Counted from the first letter of the stretch, positions 1 to 12,995 are shown. The stretch is 64,000 nucleotides of DNA from Callorhinchus milii (GCF_018977255.1 NW_024704743.1:8434001-8498000); one strand, 5' to 3'. Translations and numbers: made by a program. Notes: generated by a model from the letters alone, not told the origin.

Positions 1-115
1 GCCCAGAGGGAGCATATAGATAAGAAAAAGGAGCAGGGTAAGGATGGAGACCTGGGGTACCCCACAGGTGAGCACCTGACCAGGACAAATATTGGCAAGG
101 AGCTGGAAAATGGGA
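1..115 (-). mobile_element. L2 RT fragment running off the window start
   Basis: Reverse complement resembles the GVPQGS..P.LFLIYMLPLG segment of the L2 at about 14935-15000. Confidence 0.6.
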
Positions 116-116
116 T

Positions 117-449
117 TATAATAATAATCCTTGCATTTGATATAGCACCTTATCATATTGTTGAGACGTTTCAAAACGCTTCACAGAATATACTGTAAAG
201 TGAACTGACGATATTTTGTGGGCAAAACACGGCAACCAATTGTGCACAGCAGTGTCCCACAAACAGTCGTGGATTGAGTGACCAATTTTTTACCCCCGGA
301 AAGCAATTCGGTTAATAACTGGGTGCCTACTTACTGCTAAGGTAAGTGTAGACTAAGGAAACTTGCCTAATGTTTCGCGCTGCCTGGGAATGGAACTCAG
401 GTTCTCTTGCTTGTGAAGCGAGCGCACTAACCACTATATTACAGGACTC
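117..449 (-). mobile_element. Full-length tRNA-Ala-derived SINE with Deu-like core and L2-like tail (long variant)
   Basis: tRNA-like head, core ctgtttgtgggacactgctgtgcacaattgg, tail ...atatcaaatgcaaggattattatt. Confidence 0.85.
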
Positions 450-1249
450 AACAAGATTAACAATGAAGGGTGATAATAAAAGTAGCAGTGATACAGACTC
501 GATGGGCTGAACAGCCCACTCCTCCTGAAAATTTCTACATTTATGGTTGCCTACACCTCTCATACTTTTAAAGACTTGGATCAGGTGCTCCCTTAATCTT
601 CTTTTTTCCCAAGAAAACACGTTCAGCTCTGAGAGGCTCCTGCTGTTTTTTATTGCTTGTCGTTTTTGGACAGCTTCTGCAGTCAGTAAGTGAGGTTTAT
701 TCCTCAGGGGAATTGTTAAACATTTATTGGTAACAATGCTTTTAGAATTTATTTAAAGCCCTTGGCTTAACTAAGTTATGTTGTGCTATACATGGCTGGC
801 TTTTTCCATGATCCTTCTGACTAGATTAGTTGCAGCATGTGACTTGTCTGTTGCTATTTGCTCTGTGTTTCTCAGATTCTTCATGTGTGATAGTTACCGA
901 GTCTCAAAGGGCTCTTTGACTCAGAGTTTCTATGTAGAAAGAGGAAACGAGAGCATTCAGCGTTTTGTTTGCAGGAGCCAAGGAAAAAGAAATCAATTGT
1001 GTCATCATTTTAGTGACAGATTATATAGTGCTTTTGCAGGATGACAGCAAATTCACATTGATTCTTGTAAGTTTTTGCAGGGTTTTGACAAAATATACTC
1101 AAAATATAATATTCACAGTATGCTCTGTGAAGCGCTTTGAGACGTTTTGAAGACGTGATAAGACACTATACCAAATGCAAGGATTTTTATTATTATTATT
1201 GTCAGTGAAGCACTTTCTCTTTTACCAAACACAATAGCAACATTTTAGA

Positions 1250-1640
1250 CACAACAACAACAAGATTCCATTTATAGAGCGCCTTTCACGTCGGGAGGAC
1301 GTCCCAAGGCGCCGCACAGTTGGGTCAGGACCCGAGCAAAGGGGAAATGGTCAGGGTGAGGGGAGGGAAGGGAGGGAGCGAGGAGGGGGTAGAGAGTCGA
1401 GAGGGCAGCTGAAGGCACGGTCAAAGAGAAAGGTCTTGAGACCGCCCTTGAAGGAGGAAAGGGAGGAAACAAGGTGAAGGCACTGGGGGATGGAGTTCCA
1501 GAGCCTCGGGGCTGAAGGCCCGGCCACCGATGGTAGGGCGATTGGGGCAGGGTATGTGGAGCAGACCGGAGCCAGAGGAACGGAGGGTACGGGCAGGTAG
1601 ATAGGGGGATAGTAGGTCAGAGAGGTAGGAGGGAGCAAGG
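1250..1640 (-). mobile_element. L2 3' end, young copy
   Basis: Near-identical reverse complement of 15515-15899 (LAPSYLSDLLSPYLPARTLRSSGSGLL) including the tail. Confidence 0.9.
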
Positions 1641-1799
1641 TCAGAATTGCTCCATATTCTTTGGTAATACAGGAGGGGCCCACAAATAGGTATGTTTAAT
1701 GAAACATAATGTTCAGGGCACCAAATCCAACTTATCTGAGCATGAAACAGAAAGGTAATGGTAGGTACATTACATCCTATCTGCGAAGTTAATAATGCA

Positions 1800-2014
1800 A
1801 AATGTGCCTCCATCACCATTTCACCTTTCCTCTGGGATTAGCCCCGAAACTCTGGGACACTCTCCCTCAATCCCTTTACTTTGCTCCCACTTTCCCCCTT
1901 TTCAAGTCCCACCTGAAGATCTTCCACTTCGATCGGGCTTACAGCCACCTCCCCCCGGCGCCTCCACTGTTAAGCGCTTTGAGAGGGCGCTATATAACTG
2001 CAAGTTGTTGTTGT
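1800..2014 (+). mobile_element. L2 3' end, older copy
   Basis: APKLWDTLP..FKSHLK motif and gcgctttgagagggcgctatata...gttgttgttg tail. Confidence 0.75.
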
Positions 2015-3394
2015 GAGACTGGCATTCACTAGCAGGTTCCTCGTCCACCTTCCTGGTTCAGAAAGTTAAATAGGAACTTCAATCGGTTCAAACGATTTAG
2101 GCAGGAACTCACATAGACTCAGTAGAGTTTAGTATATTATGCTCATTACATGGTACTCTGAAATATTCCACCATTTACACCCTGGACTAAATTCAATGAA
2201 TAGCTTTTCACAGCACAATTCTTTGCTGATTCACATGAACAAAATGGAGGCTGTAACAGAAGAGAGTCACAGTCAGATCCCTGGTGACTGTTGTCCCTAC
2301 GGCTGCTTTCAAACCCACGGAAAAGAGAACAACACTAGAGAACAAATCCCTTCCTCAACGGATGTAAAGCTAAAGAACAGATTGTTCCAGCAGTTTCTTC
2401 AGGAAAAATGAAGCATTGTTATTCTCACCGTCTCAGAAATAGGTTTGTACTTGTACATGATTTCAATGCACTTTGCATTTATCCCTTTGACATGTTCTAT
2501 GGTTCCCAAGAACTACTGACCATTTTCCAGCGTTTTGAGACATCCTCCAGGCGTGAAAGGCTTTACATAAATGTAAACCAAATTATTTTATTATGTTACG
2601 TATACTTCAGCATGGTGATGGGTTTCCACATGTATCAGACACCTGGCTGACACCCCCACAAAAAATAATACATTATATTATATATATTGATATATTGTAC
2701 TTGTATATATATTTTACAGCATATAACATGAGGATATTAACTGTTATTAACAATTCCTACAGGGCAAATGGGAAAAGCCATAACCAAGACTGCCCAAGAG
2801 CTCACAATAACATTGGCCATTCATCTGGTAATCTGATTTTTACTAGATTATGTTTCCAAGACTTTGATTTAACAAGATCCAAGGATCAGACAACGATATC
2901 TTCAAAATCATCCAAATCATCATCAAAATGGAGTATTCTTCTTCCTCACCCACTTTGTACATTACAGAACTAATGGTTTGTTCTGCAGTTTCCAGTGTTG
3001 CAGTACTGTTTTACTGGCCAGTAGCAAGAATAAAACATCTGTTGACCACAAATGGGACATAAAGTACAAATTTATGGCTCCCCAGATGGTTGGTAAAGAG
3101 TCTGTTTAGTGTGAAAGTGAGTCATACAGACATGAAAAATTCCAGGTGGCGTGTGCTGAATTCGCTGATCACACCTAATGCATCAGTGAGGAATACAGTT
3201 GACCTCAGGACTCACTGGACTGAGTTGTGGGGGAGGACTGAGAGTGCGAGAGAAGAAAACAATCAAGGTTTCTGCTCCTGATCAATATTCAGTGAGCGTT
3301 CCTGAAAAGTGCGTATGTGTGGAATTGGGAAGAGATGGGATTGGGCTCAACTGTGATCCTGTTTACAACTGGCACAGTTGACAACTTAGGTATC

Positions 3395-3680
3395 GGCCCG
3401 ACTCAGTTTGTAGCATTATCACCTCTGAACCAGGTTCATGTTTTGTGCTGATGCACCAGTGAGGCAATACACTTGACCTCAGCACTCACTGGAATGAGTC
3501 GGGGGACTTTGAGCTCACAGTCTAGGCTAGCACTCCCAGTGCAGTGCTGGGGGTGTGCTACACTGTAAGAGGAGCTGTCCTTTGGATGAGACATTAAACT
3601 GAGGTCCCATCTGCCTATTCAAGTGGATGTTAAAGATCCTGTGGCACTATTCGAAAAGACGAGGGAGATTCTCCTTGTGT
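3395..3680 (+). mobile_element. Older DeuSINE-superfamily copy (SacSINE1/AmnSINE1-like)
   Basis: gctgtcctttggatgagacattaaactgaggtccc...gtggatgttaaagatcctgtggcactattcgaa matches the recalled Deu domain. Confidence 0.7.
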
Positions 3681-4161
3681 GCCACTGCGTTTACCTGCCC
3701 ACACTCTGGGCTATGTTATGTTGATCATTAAAATTAGCAGTTTTTCGTAGTAGCTTAATAAATTTTAAAAAAAGGTGATTCCCCCCCCCCCCCATTATAA
3801 AGGTGCAAAGCTGATTTATTTTCATTCTCATACTGTGTGTTCACATATGAAGAACAATTGCTTGAGCAACATACTGGGAGGACATCCAGGCCCTGTGGAA
3901 CCATACTGCAGCCTAAGAGATCACCTAATAGAGTTTGTGCTGCTGTAAAACTAACTGCACACATTTGCACCACTGCATTTTATTACAATCTGCCTTTGTT
4001 CCATGATATTGTTATATTTATTTCAAGAGATAATTCCAGTCGACAGCTGGCACCAATGCCACTCTTGAAGTAAAATCTATATTTTAAACATATAACAATT
4101 ATATAGTGATATTCATATAGAATGAACATTTCGAAGAGCTTATCAATTATGACAGAGGTTT

Positions 4162-4357
4162 GTGGGGGACTCACTGAGCATGGAGAGTGAAGAAACAGCC
4201 TTCAGTAGCCAGACTGGTATTTTCGTGCATATTTTGCTCTATGAGTCACAGTTAAAGAGGGATTTTGTACCTCACACTCGCAAAATATACAAGTAAATAC
4301 TGGTCTGGCTACCGAAGGCTGTTTCTTCACTCTTTATGCTCAGTGAGCGCCCCCCAC
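4162..4357. repeat. Long inverted repeat (about 85-bp arms), MITE-like palindrome
   Basis: ctcactgagcatggagagtgaagaaacagccttcagtagccagac... pairs with ...gtctggctaccgaaggctgtttcttcactctttatgctcagtgag. Confidence 0.9.
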
Positions 4358-5034
4358 CCCCATGTCCTCCCAATGTGAAAGGGGTTATGTATCAGTGTAA
4401 ATTGTACTGTACTGTTACATTGACAAGTGGACGGATATCTCGCCTGTATTCTGTGCTGACAACGTTATATTATGGCACAGTGAGTCATGGGGCTTCAATT
4501 TCCTTCACCGTAAAATAATTCCTGATCCTGTGTATTTTAAGTGATGCAGTCGAAACAATGAATGCAATTTAAAGGCACAATTACAGTTCTCTGTACTCGT
4601 GATTCAAAGGGGGCACTGTTCATTCCAAATACGTTTCACACTGAACAACACTTTTTAAACAAATGAACTGCTAAGTTTCCTTTTCACAAGCATAAACAGA
4701 GAACATCATGACTAAGCTGATTAAGCTTATGACTAAGTTTATGCTTTCTGTCCTCCTTTCCCAGGAAATGACTTTTGAATTTTTTTTTATTTAGTTGGTG
4801 ACAAACACCTGCATCTTCCACATTCCCAGTTGAGTTGAACCCAGTGAATAAGCTGCTGCTGTTGTCATTTCCACTGTTGTCTTATATCCCTCAGGGTAAG
4901 ATGAAGTTCTGACACCGTTTGGGATATAAATGTCAGCCAATACGTGTAAAGATTTCCTCAGTGCTCTCAGGTGTTGACATTGATGTTACATTACATCAAA
5001 TTTGTCTGCTGTGCTTTCTCTTTCCTTTCATTAG

Positions 5035-5300
5035 GTGTCAACCTGGCTCGGTCAGTAACATTCTTACCTCTGATTTATGAGTTTGTGGGTTCAAGCCCAA
5101 CCTACGGACTTTGAGCTCAGGGTAGGGCTGATGATCCAGTGAAGTTCTGGGGGAGGGCTGAATTGTCAGAGGTGATGTCCTTCAGATAAACTAAGGTCTC
5201 AACTGACTGTTCAGGTGGAATGCTAAAGATCCCAAGGCACTATTCGAAAAGAGAAAGGAGTTTCTTCCATTGTCCTGATCAACAATCCGCCAGATAAAAT
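5035..5300 (+). mobile_element. Older DeuSINE copy
   Basis: tRNA-like head (gtgggttcaagccc) and taaagatcccaaggcactattcgaaaa. Confidence 0.7.
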
Positions 5301-7630
5301 GTGATCATCCGCTGTTAATCTTCCAATTATTTTCTTCAATCTATTTGGAGTATCAATAGTTAGCAGCTAAGTGAACCTAGCTGTATGAATAGATGGAAAC
5401 AAACCAACTCTGAATGCAAATATTATTCATAGAAGTTCCATGAAGCTGATTACTCTTTTTCCGTGTCTTAACGCTGCTAGTTATTTGGAAATGTTACAAA
5501 CAAAATTGACTTAATTTGAGAGCTACATTAATCTGAACAGACCCCTGAGGTGCGCTGAGGTATAAAAGTATTAAATTAATTGGAATGCAAGGATTATTAA
5601 AAATTATTATTCGTAAAAAAATTCTCAATTAAAAATTACATTTGGCTACATTTTTAAGAATGGCTTTTCACTCTGTGCGTTTGCACAAGTCAGACATTGA
5701 ACATGCAAAGCAGAGAAACTTTTGTGTTTCGTTCTCCTTATCCCTCATGTTCATTGACCTTCCTGTGGTATAATTGCCTTGAAACTGTTTCATCCGAGCT
5801 AATCCGTCTGCTTCTTCGGTCAATTGCTTTTGAGCGGTGTGTATGGTAAAGTCAGGCAATGGTACAGTTGGTTGGGTTTAAAGCTGGTGCTTTCTGAACT
5901 GGTAGTTCAGCAGTTCTGCCCCACCCTTTCCCTGCACACTGATCTCTGGAATTCAGCCTGACAGGTCCTATGGCGTGACACACAAATGTCACTCTCGCCC
6001 CCCCTCCCAGTGGTCACTTTTAGAGCTGCTAAGGACTTTTTACTCACGATTATCTTTTTGGTCGGCCAGGTTTCTAACGTGTGTGGAAACCCTTCACCAT
6101 GTTTAAGCGTATCCCAACCAAACTAGGAGTTCCAGACATATGAATGCCACCTCCGCATGGAAATTTCACTGTGTCTGGAATGAATGTACTCTTTCCCAGG
6201 AGGGACACATCCTGGTGGATTCTGGAAAGTATTATGCACAGGTCGGCAAGAGCCAAGGCTTAGGAACCTCCACAGTTTTTATTAGGGGTGCTGCTGGAGT
6301 TTATAATAAATCCTTGCATTTGATATTGTGCTTTATCACATCATTGAGATGTCTCAAAGTGCTTCACTGCATTTACCGTAGTTTTGCTTTTGTTGAGGGA
6401 AATAGCCCAGGTTTAGCTGTGGTTTTTGCCAGCTAAAACTACAGCCAAACCATTTTACAGTGTATCCTGTGGAGCACTGGATGTCTCAAAGCCAGCTGAA
6501 ACCACATTGTTTCCCATTGCTTATATACACAGCTAATGTTTCTGTTTCAAGCACTCTATATTTGTGTGACAAAAAAAACTCCAACAATCCTTCCCCTAGA
6601 TATGGACACGTGCATTTATTATTACTTAATAGTTAGCAACATTCAGGAAGCAAGATTCTTGCCCATGACTGATATATAATGATATTCCACTTACCTGAAA
6701 AGCACAGAAGAAAGCAATCATAGACTGAGTTAGAAAATCCATTGATGGGTGACACAGTATTTATCACTCTGTGAGCCTACCAATAATCACACAGAACAGG
6801 CATTCAGTGAGGGATACAGAGACACCTGTTTGTTCAGGTTCCCTGCAATTACTCATTATCACAAGCTGCTGCTGGGAACAAGTGAGAGAAATGATGGCAC
6901 ACCAGGGACAAACAGATGTTTGGAATTTAACATTTCTGCAGCTAAAAAAATTATTCAAGATTAGTCTAGATAGTTCTGCCCTTGGAAGCTTACGTTCACT
7001 TGAATCTAATTGGATTAACAAAAATATTTTAATGTCCATCTTCCTGTAAGATAAGTTTATCTTGATTAGGTTGGCAGCACTCTCATCTGTGGGTCAGAGA
7101 GGTGTGGGTTTAAACCCCACGATAGGAGTTTGAGATCACAGTCTAGTGCTCTCTAGCGCTTTGAGATGTCTAGTGAAAAGCGTTATATCAAATGCAAAGA
7201 TCATTATTATATTATTATAAATTCACCGGTCCTTTTTTAAACATAAAAAAAGAACTATGGTTGTTTTCGGCAGCACAGTTGCTGTAAAATCTAGCAAAAA
7301 TCTATCTTCAATTACCCAAACCGTTTTCCACGTGACAAAACAGTAGATTTCTATTACACAGCCCGTCACTTAAATCCGGCACAAAAGAATGATTTTTCTT
7401 GCCCATGGAGATACGTGACTTGTGGAAGCAAAAAGATTTCAGACGTTCAACTTGTGTTTTCTTTCTTCATCTCCTCTTGGCAGAGGCAAGTTGCTTTTCT
7501 AGACTCATGTTTATGCTCCATCTTATAATTAATAATGTTTATTACCTTATGAATTAATTCCCTAATGAGCTGAAGGAAGCAAATTTAGGAAGTGATGATT
7601 GAATCTTATGGGGAATAAGTAAAAGTACTG

Positions 7631-8190
7631 ATGATAGAATCATAGAATCTTACAGCACAGGAGGCCATTCAGCCCATTTGCCCACAAAATATACAGTTAA
7701 TTCACTTTACAGTATACTCTGTGAAGCACTTTGAGACATCTCTAAGATGTCAAATGCAAGGATTATTATTATTATCGTGCTTGTGCCAGCTCTTTGAAAG
7801 AGCTATCCAATTAGTCCCACTCTCCAACTTTTTCCCCATTGCCTTGCAACTTTTTTTCCTTTTCAAGTATATATCCCATTCCCTTTTGAAAGTTATTGTT
7901 GAATCTGCTTCCATCACCCTTTCAAGCAGTGCCTTCCAGCTTGTAACAACTTACTGCCTTAAAAAAAATTCTCTTCATCTCCACTCTAGTTCTTTTGCTA
8001 ATTATCTTAAATTTGTGTCACCTGGTTATCGATCCACCCGCCAGAGGAAATAGTTTCTCCCTATCTACTCTATGAAAATCCCTCATAACTTTGAACACCT
8101 CTGTTAAATCTCCACTCAACCTTCTCTGCTCTAGAACAATTCCAGCTTCTTGAGCTTCTCCACATAACTGAAGTCCCTCATTCCTAGTAC
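7631..8190 (-). mobile_element. CR1 LINE 3' end, interrupted by a SINE tail at about 7679-7773
   Basis: atagaatcatagaatc octamer-type tail, ggaggccattcagccc, then CR1-like body. Confidence 0.75.
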
Positions 8191-8582
8191 AGGATGTTAG
8201 TCGATTGGCGGATCACTTAAAAAAAAAGAAAATAATAATAATCTGGTCGCTCAATCCACGACTGTTTGTGGAACATTGCTGTATGCATTTGGCTGCCGCA
8301 AATCGCCCACAAATACAGTCAATTCACTTTACAGGTATATTCTGTGAAGCGCTTTGTGACGCCTAGAAGATGTGATAAGATGCTATATCAAATGCAAGGA
8401 TTATTATTATCACTATTCTTGTAAATCTCATTTTCACCCTCTCCAAGGCCATAAATTTGTGAACTGTTTTGCCCACAAATATACAGTCAATTCACTTTAC
8501 AGTCTATTCTGTGAAGCGCTTTGAGACATCGAGAAGATGTAAAAAGGCCTATATAAAATGCAAGGATAATTATTATTATTAT
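8190..8582 (+). mobile_element. Two tandem SINE 3' fragments (about 8190-8411 and 8466-8582)
   Basis: Core/tail motifs. Further tail-only fragments at about 1105-1200, 7148-7218, 7679-7773, 49790-49890, 50462-50565. Confidence 0.8.
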
Positions 8583-8614
8583 AAAATATTTTATTTCACA
8601 AAAAATTCACAGGT

Positions 8615-9096
8615 TCCTTTTTTGGTTTAGCTGTGGGGGGGGATGAGGGGAGGGGGGGTTAGCCAGGTATCTGACCCATGTGGAAACCCATTACCATGCT
8701 TAAGAATATCTAAACTACGCTGACATTTCCATGCATCCCACCTACACATGGAAATCCCAGAGATAGATTGTTGGAATGCGAACTCTCCCCCTGGAGGGAC
8801 ACATCCTGTTTACCTAATTCTGGAACGTATTAGGTGCAGGTTGGCAACAGCCAAGGCTTGGGGACCGCAGAGTGTGGGTTGGGGTATGGCTGGAGTCTAA
8901 CCAGCTAAAACCGCACAGCTTGCCGTTGATATCACTGTTGGGCAGCTTTCCCGCTGCTTGTCCAGTTAGGACCACCCTACCATTAGGGCTTTGGCTTGTA
9001 GGGTTAACAGGAGCTGAGTGGGATGACTCCCTGCCCCTAATTACTGGTCTGTCCTTCCAGGTCTTGCCAATGAGCCAGGCTGGCTGTGCTGTCATC
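8615..9096. repeat. Unclassified interspersed repeat; other copies at about 6053-6300, 9818-9910, 19720-20160
   Basis: Shared tgtggaaaccc.t.accatg.ttaag..tatc and ctggaggg.cacatcctg. Confidence 0.8.
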
Positions 9097-9302
9097 AAAC
9101 CAAAAACAATTATAAATTGGTCATTTTCAATCTACGACTGTTTGTGGGACATTGCTGTGCGCAATTGGCTGCCGCGTTTGCCCACAAATATACAGTCAAT
9201 TCACTTGACTGTATGTGTTCTGTGAAGCGCTTTGGGACATCCTCCCGATGTGGAAAGCGCTATATCAAATGCAAGGATTATTATTATTATTATTATTATT
9301 AT
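9097..9302 (+). mobile_element. Young SINE 3' part
   Basis: Core plus (TTA)n tail, near identical to the 60347 copy. Confidence 0.9.
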
Positions 9303-10224
9303 CATCATCTCTGCCCTGGAATACAGCAGACCAGTCTGGCTCAGTCATGCGTTGGTTGTTTGACATCTGACAAGTGTGGGTTTGAGCCTCACTAGGTGGA
9401 TGGTGGGTAAAGGAATTCCCTGCAAGCTTCCCAGTGGGCAACACATTTCAGCATGAAATGGGTGATAGCTTAGCCACTGTCAAGTTACACTGCGCGTAAT
9501 ATCACCATCAGGGATTTGCTGAGCTCAGTTGATAGAACACTTACCTCTAAGTCAGAAGGTTGGATTCTTGCTTCATGTCTAGGACAGGCTGCTTTACAGC
9601 ACTGGGGAGTGTGGTGACTGTGAATTCATAGGCAACGCAGGAGCCAATTTCAGCACAGCCATGTCCCAAAAACAGGCACAAAGTGAATGACCAATTTTTA
9701 TCTGGGGGATTGTTGGCCAGCAGACCAGGACAAACTCCCTTCTCTTAACCTGAACCGACAGACAGGATCTCGGTTTGATGTTTTATTCGACTGATGAACA
9801 ATTTTAACAAAATGGCAATTTTTATTTGGTCAGCCAGTGTCTGAGTATCCAAACCAAACTGAGAATTTTATAGATCCCACCTACACACGGAAATTCCAGA
9901 GATATAATAGCATTATTAAGTTTTTGAAAAGTTAAACAAGTTATTTCTTCTTACGGTACTATTCGCCTTATTTTAATTTCTTCCCTGTTCTCTCTTGTAT
10001 TTCAAAATTTATTTTACTTCATTTTTTAACAGATTCTAACATTCCTCAAATTACCTCAAGTTCAATACTGCAAATCCCTGTTCTCTCCCTGCCTAAGGGC
10101 CTCTAGATTATGGCCACACATGAGATGACCGGTTCCCACCACAGCACATTGAATTTTAATTAAAACATTTCAATTTAATTTTAATTAAAAAATTTCCGCT
10201 CAAACTAATTCAAAGATGCTCAGT

Positions 10225-10328
10225 TAGTGAAAGTGACTTGCTCTGTCAAAGAGCCGACACAGACTTGATGGGCCGAATGGCCTCCTTCTGTGCCGTAACG
10301 TTCTATGAATCTATGAATTCTATGAATT
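10225..10328 (+). mobile_element. CR1 3' tail
   Basis: gatgggccgaatggcctccttctgtg followed by (ttctatga)n. Further tails at about 10500-10670 (+), 11626-11750 (-), 18865-18990 (-). Confidence 0.75.
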
Positions 10329-12054
10329 GTCCAAATAAATGCTTACGTCCATTTTAGAGGAAAGGGCTAACATTGCACAAATTGAGCTCTGATCGTCTGA
10401 AGATTGTCTCTCAAGGCTAATCTTGCCCACTCCTTGTGACGGAGCTCAGATAATTTACACGCTCAGAATTATTCAATTAGCGGAGAAACTTTTATCATAT
10501 AGCTTTCTTAGCTTTTAAAAGGAAACTAGACAGACATTTAAAGAGGAGTAAACAACAGGAGTATGGGGGAAAGTGCAGTTAAATGGGATTGAAAGGTTGC
10601 TTTTTAAAAGTGCCAGCAAAGACACAAAGGGCCAAATAGCCTTCTTCTGTGCTGTAAATTTCTATGGTTTTATGCTTCCTGGAAAACTTAATTCAAATGC
10701 CTCTTTGGCTTTTGAAGTTAATCGAGCTACAATTCCAGGTTGTCACCTGAGCATTACATTCAACTCGAACCAACCTTATTCCACTAGTGACATTTACAGG
10801 ATTTCAGCTCTTGGACTCACATTCCCCCCCCACCCCCGAGTTTTATTATCTGTTTCCATACATAACCTTTCAAACTTCAATCGCTTTCAGCCAAACAGCT
10901 TTCCAGCTCAGGTGAACTGTTTTTCTCGAGACTTTGTTGTGTGTTATCTGCTGCTCTGTGGGAGTTGGAATGGAGTTGGGGGGGTGGGTAAGGGGTGTTC
11001 TTTTGGCTTAGTTTTTGAGGCTTAACAATTTTGTGTTCAACTTTCCTTCTTGTGTCATCACAAGGTCAAGTTAAATAGGCTGCATAACATCTATGCAACT
11101 AGCTGCAGTAACCAGAGCAATTGCATTTAGGACTGGAGTGAACAATTCCTTTGAAATAACCATATAACCACTGCAGACACATCTCGCAGAGTTGAGCTCC
11201 CCATCACACTTTACTGATCTGTTCCTGCCACCGTGCATTTAATTTTAATTAAAACATTTCTGCCCAAACGCTTCACAGATTATCAATTGTCCAAGTGACT
11301 TATTTTATCTAAAGGATTACGTTTGCTTCACCAATCTGATGAGAAATGGTCTTTGCGATTAATTTCTTTGTATTTCTGAATTTTCCTGGAGCGAGATACA
11401 GGAACACAATAGATAGAGACTTTTAAAAACATCTCTAGCTCTTCAACCAAAACAATGTTGACTTTGGGCGCCCAAAACATAAGAGGGATTCAGTTCTGAA
11501 TGCAGTTTTCAGTTTAATGGAATTAAAACAAGAACAACTTGCATTCATGCAGGTAATGTCTCAGAACGCTTAACAGGGGAGAGCCTGATGCTGAGCCAGG
11601 GAGTCAAATCATTAACATTGATAGTGTCATAGAATTATACAGCATAGAAGGAGGCCACTCGGCCCATCGTGTCTGTGCCTACTCAATCCCACTCCCCCGC
11701 TCTCTCCCCATAACCCTGCAAACTTCTCCTCCCAAAATAATTATCATGTATATCTCTCATTTAACATGACTTCCTTAAACACCGCTTCACCCATCAAACT
11801 CGATGTTTGAACATATACTTTCTTTGCTCCAAATGCTCTGAGATGCTGCCCTGTGTGAAGGGCGCTATATAAGTGCAAGTTGTTGTTGCAAAACAAGCTG
11901 CCAAGGGCACAAAAGTAGGTCCAAGGTAATTCTCCTTCCAATGTTTCTCTATCTGGAGAGCATTTAGCTTTCACTTGATCCCTCTCCTTGAAAGAACATC
12001 TGAAACTGGGAAGGCAGAGCATGGGATCTATAATCCTTGCATTTGATATAGTGC

Positions 12055-12995
12055 CTACATGGCGTATCCCAAGGTTCTATTCTCGTTCGCCCCCCCATTT
12101 TCTCATTTACACGCTCCCTCTCGGTGATATCATCTGCAAACATGGGGTCAATTTCTACATATATGTGGACAACACCTGAATCTACTTTTCCTCCTCCAGT
12201 CGAGATCTCAAATCCACTGTGTTCTCTTGCTTATTAGACATCAAGGCATGGATGTGTGCCAACTTTCTGCAGCTGAACAGAACTTTATGTAGTTGGAAGC
12301 TCCCGTCAACATCTTCTCACCTATGGCTCCGATTTCTTTAACCTCCCCGGCCCATCCCTCAGACTCACTGAAACTATGTTTAACCTGAACGCCAAATTCA
12401 ATCCCCAATTGTTCCTTCCACTATCCTCCACCTTGCCCGTCTCCGACCATTCCTCACACCCAATGCAGCTAAATCTTCATCCACACTGTGGTCACCTCCC
12501 ACCTCGATTTTGTTGCTGGTCTCTCCAGCTCCACTGATTGATTCAAAACTCTGTCACCCATGTCCTCACCTGTACCAAACTCCATTTCACCATCACCCTA
12601 GTTCTTGCCAGGCTCCATTTGCTTCCTGTTGCAGAATAGATTGATTTCAAGATACTCGCACTCAACTACAAATCATTTCATGCCATCGTACCTCCCACCA
12701 CTCAGACCCTCTCACACCTCCTCTACCCACCCTCTTCGCTCAGCCAGCTGGGGTATTCTGTGCTTCTCTCAACCCTTCCACTCCACCATGAGCTTTCAGC
12801 CACTCCGCCCCACTCCTTATCATTCCAATACCTCACCTTGCCATCTCCTTGACTGTCTTCAGATTGCACCTGAAGACTTTCCTCTTTGACCATGCCTACG
12901 ATCTCCCTACCCCATCCCCAAGCCCTTCTCCCTTGCTTGAAGTCAAACATGCTACCCTATGCGAAGGATGCTGTATAAATGCAAGTTGTTGTTTC
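12055..12995 (+). mobile_element. Degenerate L2 3' half
   Basis: FLIYTLPLGDIICKHGVNFYIYVDNT motif, C-rich body, tail ataaatgcaagttgttgtt. Confidence 0.8.

Noticed and set aside
2885..2990. Acidic minus-strand peptide ...ILHFDDDLDDFEDIVV*
   Set aside because: In-frame TGA just upstream and no good acceptor; no homologue recognised.
5668..5859. 63-aa minus-strand ORF with protein-like composition
   Set aside because: No ATG start, no convincing splice sites, no recognisable domain.
9117..9395. Recurrent ORFs such as [25 protein letters not shown] and KRYIKCKDYYYY
   Set aside because: Translations of SINE copies and their (TTA)n tails, not a protein family.
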